In this document: piece by piece, positions 17,802 to 28,300 of the stretch
How the letters are laid out: each line of letters starts with the position of its first letter
Numbering within the stretch: the first letter of the stretch is position 1
IMG/VR virus record: IMGVR_UViG_3300025132_000054
Span: 1-51,192 of that record
Source of the DNA: a virus
Lineage: Duplodnaviria; Caudoviricetes
DNA: 51,192 bases
Direction: 5' to 3' (one strand)
The notes under the pieces: generated by a model
What the model was told of the DNA's origin: nothing
Database searches by the model: none
Seen by the model: only the letters and a program-made list of their open reading frames with translations
Position numbers and translations under genes: made by a program

Positions 17802-19598
17802 CTAAGAAATAGGTAGGCCGGGACCACCGGCTGGAAGTGGGATTTGCGGTGGTGCCTCTGTACCTGGAGGTAACCCTCCGGTGACTACACTGTCAACACC
17901 CGGAGGCTGCATTGCATTGGGTGGAACTCCCGGCATCATTGGGGGAGCTTGACCTGGCATAGGAGTGGGCGTTGGTGGAGGCGCGGCAGGGGCGTCTTCA
18001 GCTAAGTCTTGCATGCCTAGCAGGTCGAGGAGTTTGAGGACCAGTTTTTCTTTGTTTACGTTTGGCGCTTCCAGCAGAAGAGGAAGGTACTGCTGAAACT
18101 TTTGGAGCTGAATAATCTTGTGGTTCTCCGTAGGCGAGTACGGCAACGCATCGTAATCAAAATCGAGAGGGTTTTCACCGGGGTCACGGTCAGGCCGGAG
18201 CATTAGGCTTTGGCGGGTGGCCTTCAAGACTTCCCTGCTTCCAGTAAGTCGGACGGGCAGCTTGGTGTTCGGGTCGAGGAACTCTTCGTACAGCCCGATG
18301 ACTCGTTCTGCGGCGGCGTTTACCACGTCTTCAATCTGCTTTATTCTTCGTCCATTTCTTGTTCGGGTTGCAGTGTCGGCAAGCGCGACCTCCGTAGCAA
18401 CGTCCGCCACGCCCACAACCCCCCGACTATACTGAGGGATGCCAAGGATAAACTCAATGACTTGATTGCAGCGATTCCGCATGTCCGTAAAGGAGGGGGA
18501 GAAGGACGGGACGGGCGTTTGGCCAATAATATCTCCTAGCGGCGCGTTTGCTTTGCCTTGGATGGAGATCATCGTGCCAGGCTGATTCGCATCTTGTAGT
18601 GCAGTCATGATGGCTTCGGGGTTGTCAGCCAAGGCTGTGTTGACTAGCATCACAGGGGTCGAGGTATGGGCGTGCCAGAGCTCCAACGTGTCAATCTCGT
18701 TTAGCCTCTGCTGGAGAGATTGGACGAGTTTGACATCGGACAAGCCTGCGAGGTCGGTCATGTTCTCGTTGAACGTAAGCCCGATGAAGGGGTTGCGGAT
18801 GTACCGATAAGGAAGCTCGCCCTCGAACAGTGGCTCTTCGACATCTTCAAGGAAGTGATAGTACCTGCCTTCGCCTTCAAAATCGTACACTTCGTAGACG
18901 GTCACCCAACTATATACGTCAGTCGATGCCTCGTTGACGTAACTCTTGTTTCGAGAGTGGTCTTTAAGGAAAGTAGGGTAGCCGCCGAACACGGCTTTTT
19001 CGGACACTTTGTTGTTGTACAAAGCGCCTTTGCGTCCGTTCTTTTTTGTGCGCCGCTTGTACTCAGATTTTGTGAGCACGGTCACTTCAATAAGGTATCG
19101 AATGTCATCAAACTTTGCGGCGGACATGTCGAAAAACACAAACCGAGGGTCCACAGAGTACATCTCTGGCGTGCCCTTGCGAAAGTTCCACACAACTTTG
19201 AGGAACGCTCGTCCGCAGATGGATGTGTTTGTCGAGGTCTTCCACAACAAAGTATGCAAGTTGCTTCGACGGAACGTATCGTTGATGATTGCTTCCCGAA
19301 ACTTGGCGGCTCCGCGCAACTTGTCCCGTCGGGCGGTCACGGTAACCTGCGGGTTCTGGGGACAAATGTTCGCAATCATAGTGTCGATAAAAGCGTAGGG
19401 ATAGTTCGTCTCGAAGTTGACGCCCTCATCGCCATTGGAGTTGCCCACTGGAGCAGAACCTGTCGGCCCATCGCTTGATTGGTTCCAATACTCCGACATG
19501 TACCACGACCGCCATCGGTCCCAGTCTTGCCGTTCGGTTCTTGATTTCGATTTGTGGGTTCGGATGATGCCCTGAACCTGCTTGCCCGTTAATGCCAT
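17802..19598 (-). CDS. portal protein
   Basis: 598 aa; 'VDPRFVFFD', 'TEVAL' clip-region motif and Pro/Met-rich tail; between terminase and capsid genes. Confidence 0.8.
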   Translation of the reverse strand: MALTGKQVQGIIRTHKSKSRTERQDWDRWRSWYMSEYWNQSSDGPTGSAPVGNSNGDEGVNFETNYPYAFIDTMIANICPQNPQVTVTARRDKLRGAAKFREAIINDTFRRSNLHTLLWKTSTNTSICGRAFLKVVWNFRKGTPEMYSVDPRFVFFDMSAAKFDDIRYLIEVTVLTKSEYKRRTKKNGRKGALYNNKVSEKAVFGGYPTFLKDHSRNKSYVNEASTDVYSWVTVYEVYDFEGEGRYYHFLEDVEEPLFEGELPYRYIRNPFIGLTFNENMTDLAGLSDVKLVQSLQQRLNEIDTLELWHAHTSTPVMLVNTALADNPEAIMTALQDANQPGTMISIQGKANAPLGDIIGQTPVPSFSPSFTDMRNRCNQVIEFILGIPQYSRGVVGVADVATEVALADTATRTRNGRRIKQIEDVVNAAAERVIGLYEEFLDPNTKLPVRLTGSREVLKATRQSLMLRPDRDPGENPLDFDYDALPYSPTENHKIIQLQKFQQYLPLLLEAPNVNKEKLVLKLLDLLGMQDLAEDAPAAPPPTPTPMPGQAPPMMPGVPPNAMQPPGVDSVVTGGLPPGTEAPPQIPLPAGGPGLPIS

Positions 19599-19607
19599 GT
19601 GTTCTCC

Positions 19608-21173
19608 CTAACCTATAAAAATACCGCCGCCGCCTTCTTGTCCAGCACCCTCTCCCTTTATGCCAGGAAGTCTGTCTATGACAGCATTTCTAAAGACTCT
19701 TTTCGGGTCGCCGGGTTTGCCGGGATTTATCGCAGCGGCGGAAGGTGTCGGAGGCTTGCTTGGAACGGAGGTCATTTTAGTGGCGTCGTTAACGGCTTTG
19801 TCGTCTGCTGCGTCCACTTTAACAGCGGCTTCGACTGCTTTAGGGTCAACGGGCTGGAGAGCAGGGGCTTTGCCTTGGTATTTTTTCTTTAAGTAAAACG
19901 CATACTCTTTGGGGTTAAGGCCAAGGTTTTGCATGTCGTTGAGCATCCGCTTGTCGCCGGTCAGTGGGCTGTAGTCGCCCGTTCCCATAAGAATATCCAT
20001 CGCCTGTGAGACTTGACTCTGTGTACGAGCATCTGTCGCAAACGCTTCTGCTTGAGTCAGGCCGCTGATTTTATCAAACACGTCACCAGCGGTATAGTCC
20101 TCGCCGAGCTCTGCAAGTTGCTGGCGGTTAAGGTTTTGGCCCGCAACTTTTTTAATCTGCTCCTCAATCCCTGGTAGGGCTGACAGCTTTGTCAAGGCCG
20201 ACTTGGACCGCTGCATGGCTTCGTCAACGTCACCGCGATCTAGCACCATCATCTGAGCGTCTGAAAACCCTTGAGGGTTTGCTCGTAACGTACCCCCGTT
20301 GATCATGTCTTTGCGGTGCTCACGGTAAACCGATGTAGGACCATACGCGGCGTCTATGTCTATCCCAGCGTGCTCGTCTTGGGTGTAAAAACCACGCTTG
20401 TCTGAAATGCCGAGCTGTCTTCGCACAAGGTCTTTATCGGTTGCCGTCATGCCCGCGCTTTCCAAAGCGGCTTCATTGTCGGTCATGCCCTTAGACTTTT
20501 CGTCTTCGATGGTTTTACGGGCAGCTTTCTGTGTCGCCGCGTCTGTGGTAGGCGTCTGTCCCTCGTCCGAAACAATAACATTAACCCAGTACGCAAATCT
20601 ATTTAGGGCGTAAGGTGTTTTGAGCCTGCTCATTTGCGCCTTCATATTCTCAGGCTTCGATCGACCTTGTGATACCGCATTAATGTACCGCTGCGCAGCC
20701 ATACGAGCAGCCTCGTCTTCCTCCGAGACCTCCTCTTTATTGGCACCCTGTACCATTTCAAGGAGCTTTCCTTCGCGCTGCGATTCAAGCTCTGCCCGCT
20801 TTATCTCTGCCTCGTTCTCAGGGGTGACTGAAGCCTGGGCGTCGTCTACAATGCCTTGAACAAAGTTCTGCTTGAGTTCAAAATATTTTGTTCTGGCCGA
20901 AGTTGCGTCTTGGTCCGCCGTATCTCTGGCCAGAGCGCGTCGTTGTTGATCTTCAGCCAATCGTCGATTCCGTAACGATTGTTGAAATGGAAGGCCTGTA
21001 GCGGCGCGGATTCCTTGAGACAGTGCGTTGAAGATAAACTCTCTCGCTTGCGCGCCTTTCGCTCGCTTTATTTGAGAATCTACCATAGCAGGGTACAGTG
21101 CAGCCATTTCCTCATCGGAAAGCTGCTCACCTGCTTGAAAGCGTTGTAGCTGGGCTATTTGTTCTGGCGTCAT
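19608..21173 (-). CDS. putative internal virion/ejection protein
   Basis: 521 aa, A/Q/E-rich helical; GGAG RBS. Confidence 0.5.
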   Translation of the reverse strand: MTPEQIAQLQRFQAGEQLSDEEMAALYPAMVDSQIKRAKGAQAREFIFNALSQGIRAATGLPFQQSLRNRRLAEDQQRRALARDTADQDATSARTKYFELKQNFVQGIVDDAQASVTPENEAEIKRAELESQREGKLLEMVQGANKEEVSEEDEAARMAAQRYINAVSQGRSKPENMKAQMSRLKTPYALNRFAYWVNVIVSDEGQTPTTDAATQKAARKTIEDEKSKGMTDNEAALESAGMTATDKDLVRRQLGISDKRGFYTQDEHAGIDIDAAYGPTSVYREHRKDMINGGTLRANPQGFSDAQMMVLDRGDVDEAMQRSKSALTKLSALPGIEEQIKKVAGQNLNRQQLAELGEDYTAGDVFDKISGLTQAEAFATDARTQSQVSQAMDILMGTGDYSPLTGDKRMLNDMQNLGLNPKEYAFYLKKKYQGKAPALQPVDPKAVEAAVKVDAADDKAVNDATKMTSVPSKPPTPSAAAINPGKPGDPKRVFRNAVIDRLPGIKGEGAGQEGGGGIFIG

Positions 21174-21181
21174 GATAGCTC

Positions 21182-22060
21182 CTATACAGTTCCGGCTTGG
21201 TCAGACAAGTCCGAGCCTACTTGACCGAGGGCGCGGGTAACTACCGGATTAGGTGCAGAGGGTTGTGTTGGATAGCCCATGAATGCAGCGAAACGATTCT
21301 GGCTTTCTTGCTGGACTCGGTCCCGCACCATCTGCGCAATCTGAGCTCGTTCGGCTGCTTGCGCGCTGTCGGCTTGCTCCTGCGCGGCGGCAAAGGCTTC
21401 TGTCGTGTCGGCAACTTGGCCACGCATCTGCGCTAGGCCGAGTGCTTGCCGCAGTTGGTCCGAGGTTGTCTGCCGAGTCGCTTGTGCGGCACGCATCATG
21501 GCGTCCGTCTTACGGTCACCTACGCCAGCGGCTTTGAATGGGTTTTGCTCAAACTCACGCATGCGCTCTGAAGCAATCGCCGCTCCGATTTTTTTGCGGT
21601 CTGCGGTTCCATACTCTGCTTTGAGGCGGAGTTCTTCAGCCTTCGCCTTCTTGCCACGTTCTTCAAGTCGGTCGGCCCGTGCCATCTTGTCGGCAGCGCC
21701 CGCCTTGTAGCCTTGGTCTCTGTACGCCTTCTCGCGCTTGCCTGGAATAAGTTTGGTGAGGCCGTAGCCAAGAGCAGCCGCTGCTGCAATAGGTGCTGCA
21801 ATAGGCGCTGCAGCGGCTAACGCTGTCCCAAGTCCTGACGCGGCGGCTCCTCCGCCAGCAGCGGCTCCTCCGGCAGCGGCTCCTCCTCCTCCAATCAATC
21901 CGGTCGCCTTTCCGAGGGTAGCAAGGCTTGCCGCAGTAGATGCGCCAGTGGCAAGGTTTTGCCCGGTTGTTGATTGGCCTCCGCCGCCGGTGCCTAAGCC
22001 GGACTGTTGATCTTCTGGAAAAGGAGAGTACATGTTGGGTTCTGTGTTGTACTGAGCCAT
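21182..22060 (-). CDS. putative DNA-ejection (pilot-like) protein
   Basis: Gly/Ala-rich hydrophobic N-terminal stretch followed by an A/Q coiled coil; ATG chosen from the GGAG RBS. Confidence 0.5.
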   Translation of the reverse strand: MAQYNTEPNMYSPFPEDQQSGLGTGGGGQSTTGQNLATGASTAASLATLGKATGLIGGGGAAAGGAAAGGGAAASGLGTALAAAAPIAAPIAAAAALGYGLTKLIPGKREKAYRDQGYKAGAADKMARADRLEERGKKAKAEELRLKAEYGTADRKKIGAAIASERMREFEQNPFKAAGVGDRKTDAMMRAAQATRQTTSDQLRQALGLAQMRGQVADTTEAFAAAQEQADSAQAAERAQIAQMVRDRVQQESQNRFAAFMGYPTQPSAPNPVVTRALGQVGSDLSDQAGTV

Positions 22061-22072
22061 TCTAATCTCCAA

Positions 22073-22846
22073 TCATGTGGGCGACTGTGCCTTGAAGTAA
22101 ATATACTTCATTGAGCGAGCTCGGACACGAACTTGAGGTGTATCGGGAGTCTGCACCACACGCAAAGAGGCGGAGTGAAAGCCCTTACCCATTGGTGCGC
22201 CTACCCATTTGTGGCCTGACCAATATCGACCTTTGTATCTATCGCGTAAATAAACATTTGCTTCTTGTCCTGAACCAGAATCGTCGGCTACCTGAAACAT
22301 GGTTTCTCGGACGCGGCGAACATTGCAGTCTAGGTTGCCGCCTTTTTCATTGTCGATAAAGAGTCGGACATGACAACCGTCTCTGCGGGATGTTCGGCCA
22401 TTGACGTTACCGCTACCATCTGTAGTGAACTCCATTTCCGCGTCACAGGTCCAAGTGATTTGCCACGTCAAGAGGACGTAGGCCCTAAATGGCAGGTAGA
22501 ACTGAATCGAAGCGCCTGGTATTGCGATAAAGTCATTTGCGTCCGCTTCGCCCATATTGTCCGCGCCTCGATAAACACCGCTAGTCGATGTTTGAGACGA
22601 GGTATGGGTAAAAACTTGGTGGGCAAAATAGTCAAGGTTAGCCGTTCCTGCGGTCATGCCTCCGCCGGATGACGACTTCTTCTGTAAAAAGGTGTGGCCC
22701 ACCGTTCTGTCGCCAAGATCACTAAGATTGACAGTCTCGATTTTACCGTTGAGCGCATCGGTTGACAGTGTGTAGATGGAGTCGAAGACATCTTCCCCTG
22801 CTACTGTAGTCCCGTCGATGAATGTGGGGAGCGTAACTTTGGCCAA
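22073..22846 (-). CDS. putative virion protein, possible paralog of 8632-9399
   Basis: 257 aa, TTG start; beta-rich C-terminal domain. Confidence 0.5.
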   Translation of the reverse strand: MAKVTLPTFIDGTTVAGEDVFDSIYTLSTDALNGKIETVNLSDLGDRTVGHTFLQKKSSSGGGMTAGTANLDYFAHQVFTHTSSQTSTSGVYRGADNMGEADANDFIAIPGASIQFYLPFRAYVLLTWQITWTCDAEMEFTTDGSGNVNGRTSRRDGCHVRLFIDNEKGGNLDCNVRRVRETMFQVADDSGSGQEANVYLRDRYKGRYWSGHKWVGAPMGKGFHSASLRVVQTPDTPQVRVRARSMKYIYFKAQSPT

Positions 22847-22848
22847 CC

Positions 22849-23037
22849 TTAACCTCGCATAGACCGTTTGTATTCCAAGACATCTGGGTTGGCAATCTCT
22901 TCGCCTTCTTCTTCATCGTTGATGTCGCGTAGCGTAGAGTCCGCTTTGCCCATACGCCTTTCGGACAACTTCTTAACGAGCTTGCGCGCTCTCGAAGCTG
23001 GAGCAGTGCTATTGCTTTGCGCGGCTGTTTCGGGCAT
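22849..23037 (-). CDS. hypothetical protein
   Basis: 62 aa; TAATG coupling to the terL stop. Confidence 0.6.
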   Translation of the reverse strand: MPETAAQSNSTAPASRARKLVKKLSERRMGKADSTLRDINDEEEGEEIANPDVLEYKRSMRG

Positions 23038-24740
23038 TATTTTCTCCGGTAAGGATATTTACTTTTTCGCCAACGATTCTTCTGCTCAGAACCTGTGCCC
23101 TTTTTTCTGTAGGCTTGGATTTGATCGTAACTCAAATCTTTGAACGGGATGACGTTTTCCATACCCTCTGGCGCGTCTTTCTTGTATCTGCGGGGGCAGA
23201 ACCTAGCGGCAACGCAGGCTATTTGTAGTGCAGAGATTTTATCCCAGTGGTGCCTGTCTCTGCGTTTGCCGGTCTTGCCAGAATGCAGCATCTCTGAGAG
23301 TGCGCTGCGCTCGGTTCGCTTGTCTTCCCGGTACGAGCCGAGCTGACCAACCGTGTCTTCGTCCTTCAGGATTAACTCATCACGGAGCGCGTCCTGCAGA
23401 TACGACAACATCATCGTCACAGACTTGGCGGTAGCAGCGATTCCAGGCTTGTAGGGCTTTTCGTAGTAGAGATTTGGATAAGCCAGCTCCTCAAGTAGAG
23501 CCAGAGTAGCAACACCAACCCCGTTACTCTCCACAGCCACAAGCGCATTGTTGTATTTCTTGCCAACCTCATTGATTTTCTTTGCGAATACCACTGGGTC
23601 AGTGATGCCTCCGTAGGCTGCGACTTGGGTCCATTCTCCATCGTACACCTTTAGCACTTGGAATGCGGCATGGTCGCGAGCAGCATAACCCGCTGGGTCA
23701 ACTCCGATGGCGTAAACGGCTCCCGGCTCTGGCTTCTCGTATTCCATGTACGGGCCTGTCCACGGAACCAATAAAGCGTCTTGGTGCCGTTTAAGCAGAG
23801 TGGAATGAAAGACCGAGCCGACAGATGCAATCCAGCAACTGATGTCGTCGAACGGATAGTATACCTTGAACAGGTCGGGGTTGCGGCGAATCTCTGCGTC
23901 GGTGTCAATCATCAGCCGACGAAACTGTAAGTTCTCTTCCCTCAGCCCGAGCTGCCCGTACTTGTCGAGTAGGCTCATTTCTTCAAGGGTGAGCTTCTGC
24001 CCCTTTGGCCACGGGCGTCGGTTGAGCACGCCGTCCCAGAACGGGAAGAACGCATATGCCCACCGGCCACGACCTTGCTTTGCGTCACGACAGTGGTCGC
24101 GCCACCATTCTGCTGAAGGCTCGCTCATTGGCGCGGGTGTTGACTCGAGTAAAACCTGTGAGTGGTCTCGGTTAATCATCGACGGGTAAATCATCGAGAA
24201 CTGATGGCCTGCATTGCGCCAGTACGGTAGCTCCGACCCGTGGAAGCTGTCAGGTGACTGACCGATACCAACCGCGCCCGACTCTCCAGACAGCACGCGC
24301 ATCTTCCCGCCGTGCTGAAAAGTCAACTGCCGGACCTCGCGGTTGGGTACAGTGTCGGAGCGGACCAGTTCCGGCCATCGACTATGAGTCAAGTGGATGC
24401 GTCGGTGTAGGTACTCGGCCCTGTCTTTGTTATCCGCGATGCAGACGTGATCGTGACCTGGCGTGTAGGCCGATCGTATATAGCCGCAGAGCTCTGCTGT
24501 GAGGCTTTTGCCTGCCTGCCGATACCCAAGGAGGGTCAACCACTTGGTCTGCCCTAGAACGGTCTTTGGTGGCTCGGAGTAGTACGAGACGACCGTCTCC
24601 TGCAATCGTTCGGTAATCGCAAACGGATCGAAGGTATGTTCTTGACCGGTCTTCTGGTCAATGATCTTGGCGTAAGCGCGGAGGCTGATGGCGGGATCGG
24701 CCAAGGCTTCGAGAGCCTCGCCTTCGAGAGGAAGGCCCAT
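23037..24740 (-). CDS. terL: terminase large subunit
   Basis: 'YRQAGKS' Walker A, 'HGSE' Walker B-like, 'ESTP' coupling motif, nuclease motifs 'IGVDPAG', 'VESNGVG' and 'HWD'. Confidence 0.9.
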   Translation of the reverse strand: MGLPLEGEALEALADPAISLRAYAKIIDQKTGQEHTFDPFAITERLQETVVSYYSEPPKTVLGQTKWLTLLGYRQAGKSLTAELCGYIRSAYTPGHDHVCIADNKDRAEYLHRRIHLTHSRWPELVRSDTVPNREVRQLTFQHGGKMRVLSGESGAVGIGQSPDSFHGSELPYWRNAGHQFSMIYPSMINRDHSQVLLESTPAPMSEPSAEWWRDHCRDAKQGRGRWAYAFFPFWDGVLNRRPWPKGQKLTLEEMSLLDKYGQLGLREENLQFRRLMIDTDAEIRRNPDLFKVYYPFDDISCWIASVGSVFHSTLLKRHQDALLVPWTGPYMEYEKPEPGAVYAIGVDPAGYAARDHAAFQVLKVYDGEWTQVAAYGGITDPVVFAKKINEVGKKYNNALVAVESNGVGVATLALLEELAYPNLYYEKPYKPGIAATAKSVTMMLSYLQDALRDELILKDEDTVGQLGSYREDKRTERSALSEMLHSGKTGKRRDRHHWDKISALQIACVAARFCPRRYKKDAPEGMENVIPFKDLSYDQIQAYRKKGTGSEQKNRWRKSKYPYRRK

Positions 24741-25306
24741 TAGTACCCTAAAAAGGGTAAGAGGTCCCTAAAGGTAAATCCGTCCTTCAGAGTTTTTTTA
24801 CTATACTTTTGTTTCCCGGATGCGCTTGGTCCGCCCACTTGCGTAAATATAGAAATCGAGCCGTCGGCATTATCCTTGAAGTAGTTGCCGATGCCAGATC
24901 TAGGAATAGCTGAGGTTTGATCATGGTACTGAAAACCAGCATCCTCTAACATCTGATACAGGTCATCGTAGTCGTCGTGGTCTAAAGGAACATTACGCGG
25001 ACCTAGTTTTTTTATTCCCTTTATTCCCTTCGCAATCTCCTTAGCAGGGAAGCCTGTCAGACCTAAGCCTGCCATAGCAGCGGTTCCCAATCCGGGAGAC
25101 TCAATAAACTCTCGTGCCTCAGCGGTGTTGTCTACAAGGTCAGCAGCCATACGCGCTTCTTCAGGGCGAAGACCTATAGTACCACCGTAGCCTGTATAGG
25201 GCTTGTTCGCTTCGTCGCGAATATACTGCATAACCTTACCGGCAACACGGCGAGCACGATCCATAGGCGATAGCTCTGTTAGTTCTTCGTTTTCTTCGTC
25301 AGCCAT
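24740..25306 (-). CDS. hypothetical protein (possible packaged effector)
   Basis: 188 aa; internal 'AAMAGLGLTGFPAKEIAKGIKG' segment; coupled to terL. Confidence 0.6.
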   Translation of the reverse strand: MADEENEELTELSPMDRARRVAGKVMQYIRDEANKPYTGYGGTIGLRPEEARMAADLVDNTAEAREFIESPGLGTAAMAGLGLTGFPAKEIAKGIKGIKKLGPRNVPLDHDDYDDLYQMLEDAGFQYHDQTSAIPRSGIGNYFKDNADGSISIFTQVGGPSASGKQKYSKKTLKDGFTFRDLLPFLGY

Positions 25307-25307
25307 T

Positions 25308-25385
25308 TTACCACTTGCTCCTGTTGGCCCAAAAAGCGGCGCTCATCTTGCCCGCTTCGTTTACACGGCTCTTGGGTTTTGACAT
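25308..25385 (-). CDS. 25-aa ORF MSKPKSRVNEAGKMSAAFWANRSKW (possible deletion-fusion remnant)
   Basis: GAGGAG SD upstream; fills the gap between neighbours with 1-nt spacing on each side. Confidence 0.6.
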   Translation of the reverse strand: MSKPKSRVNEAGKMSAAFWANRSKW

Positions 25386-25386
25386 G

Positions 25387-28300
25387 CTACTGCTCCTCAT
25401 CTTTTTGCGCTGCGAACGCTCGACGAGCTGCTTCAGCGGCGGGCAATAGGCCTGCGGCTCCGTAAGCAAAGCGGGGGTCGTCTGGGCTGTAGGCCCCCGT
25501 GTTTCCTGATGACGACTTTACTTGATTTGGCTCAAAAAACATGTAGTGATATGCGCCACCTGTATGAGTCATTCCTCTGCCTCGACGGCCAAAGTAATGA
25601 TCGGCGTCAACAATGATACCATCGTGACCCATCGCTTCCATTACATCTCGGAAAAACTCGTTGTTGGCCGTTAGGCTTCCAGAGTCATAATCTTCGATGT
25701 GGTGTCCGCCCTCAGTTATCTTTTTATAAAGTTCATCTGCGGTGATTTTTCCGTCAGCCAATGCGTCTTGTACATCTCCCAGCAATGCTTGACGGGTCGA
25801 TTGGCCCACATCATAATCGTACAGCTTATCATTTAGAGTTTCGAGAAGATCGATTCCTGAGCCTGATTCATCTATGATGTCACCATCTGCGTCGTACTTA
25901 TAGTCAACCTCAAACGACGTTTGCCCCTTAGCCCCTGTGGGGTCGAGGTACGCAGGGTTTTCCATTTTGCCGTAGACGGGAATGGTGCGAAACCTTCCTT
26001 CTCCTAGCACGTCTTTTTCAGCCAGATGACGAATAATGTCGTCTTCAAAGTCATCTACAATAGCGTCTACGTCTTGGTCTAAGATGTAAGTTTCGAGATC
26101 GGGGTCAGGAGTGCGTGCGTTAAGAGACTTAGCCGCCTCTAAAATCCTATCGTCTTCGATCTCAGAGGCAATATCTCGCCCGTAATAGCGTTCTTCAGCA
26201 CCAGTTATGCGCTGTTTAATATCAGGGCCTCCGATCCTAGAGTAGTTGTGAGCCACATCTCTAGGGCTATCACTAAAGTAAATAGCAGAACCGAACGCTC
26301 CTTCGACTGACCCTCTCTCGAAAGCATCAAAATCGTGCGGCGTTCCGTGGTACAAAACCAAAGGCTCGCCCGCTTCATCGACTACCTTGGAGTCGCCGAA
26401 AAACTTTTTGAACTCAGGAGTATCGGTCGGAATATCGGGCCTTTGATCAATGAGTTTGGCGGTCACATCAGGAGGCGTGTCTACTCTACGAGAAATAAAA
26501 GCATCTCTGCCGTCAACCTCGCCGCCAGGGCGGTGCCATACTCCCAATGGCGCAAGAGGTTCTTGGCTGGCAGCACGTTTGTCAGGAAGAAGGTCAAAGT
26601 TGTTTCCACGGGTTGTAAGATCTTCCGCTAAAGAGTCGGAAAAATGCCGCGATCTGTTGATGGGGCCTTTGCCAAATACATGTACGGGCACGGGTAGATC
26701 GGGGTACAGTTCATCGAGAGCCTCCATGCGGTGCCTCCCTTCATGACCGTAAACACGAAGACCACTTGGATGTTCTTTAACTTCTACAAACGGCGAGCCA
26801 AATGACTTGCCCTCTTTAATGTGGTTTTTTAAGTATTCTATTGCCTTTTCATCATATGCATCTTGACCGCGAGGAGGGTTTAGACGTAAAAACTCTTTCG
26901 GCGTCATCCATGCAACAAAGCCCCTATAGCCTACATTTCTATTGTCTGGGACCGCATCTAAACCTTCGTTTTGATCGAAACGAACAGGGCCAACATCCAT
27001 CGTCTTTGAATATGCGCTTTGATCTGTTGGGAAAGATTCTTTTAGAAAATCGTCAACCCCGGACCGTGGCGGAAGCCGCATGTTAATAGAATCCCCATCG
27101 CCCACAAACTCCTTCGCTATGTCTTCAAAACTGGCATCCTCCATTCCTTTCGGGCGAAATCCTTTATTATACAAGGCTTTCAAAGAGGCTCGGCTAGATG
27201 CTTGGGCGGATATTTCTTTGGTTGGATACGTCGAAACCACTTCTTCCAACAAACGGCTTCCTATTCCTTTGCCTCGCGCCGACTCATCGACGACGAAGTT
27301 TATAATAGAGTGCGCCCCGCCCGCGAACTCTGAATCTTCTTTTACGACGATGTTGCCCTCTGGGACCGAAAACGTGGCCACGTCGCCCTTCTTTGTTAAA
27401 GTGGGTGATGTTCGAGCGTCAATAACCTTTGCTGGAAAAGATTTTGCCCCTAGCTGGTAGAGGGCGTCTGCTCTCGTAGCTCCCTCTAAAATATACGGGC
27501 CTTGATTATCGACGACGACGATTAGAGGACTGATCGTATTGCTTTCCTCAATCTCTCCCGCAAGTTCTTTTATGCGCTTAGTCCCGTCTGCCGAGTAATG
27601 CTTGCCGTCTAAACCGGGGAAATCTGAAAGTGGAACCTCTACGATGCCAGGGACTTCCCGGTAATCATTCAGCGAAGCTGCGATTGAGTCTGTGTTAGGA
27701 ATGGCATCAGCCAAAATAACTTTTCTGCCGTCTACAACATCGCCCGCAGGCTTGAATGATAGAGGATCAACAGAAGATTTTAAAGACTGCTTGCCGCTGC
27801 GAGCTGCTTTCTCTATGAGTTCTTTACCGACAGTCTCTGCGGCCTCCTTCACCGTCTTCGCGCCCTTGGCTCCTGGTATGAAGGCGGTGGAGGCGAGCGC
27901 CGTCATCCCCAATCGTTGCGCTTGGGTCAACTCTTCGTCCGAGCCTACCGCTTGCGCGCCCAAATCATACAGGCCACCCGCCACGCTCGCTGGATAGGAC
28001 ACTGCCTCGAGAGGAAGAGTGGGCCTCTCGGCAACTGCTCTCCCAGCGATGTCAAGCGCTGCTGCCCGTAGAGGTCCGAGGGGGCTTCCTCCATACTTAA
28101 GAATCAAGCCCTTGCCCAAGGCTCCCGCTGTTTCGCCTGTTCTGCCGAGGGCGTTCAGCAGTGCTTGTTTGCGAGCGGCAATGGTGGCAGCTTTATCTGC
28201 CTCAGTCATATATGGGCTGGGAACCAGTACCCCACCGGGAAGCTCTACCTCTGAGCGGTAGCCGGGAACACCCTCAATGGCTAACGATTCTTCGTATTCA

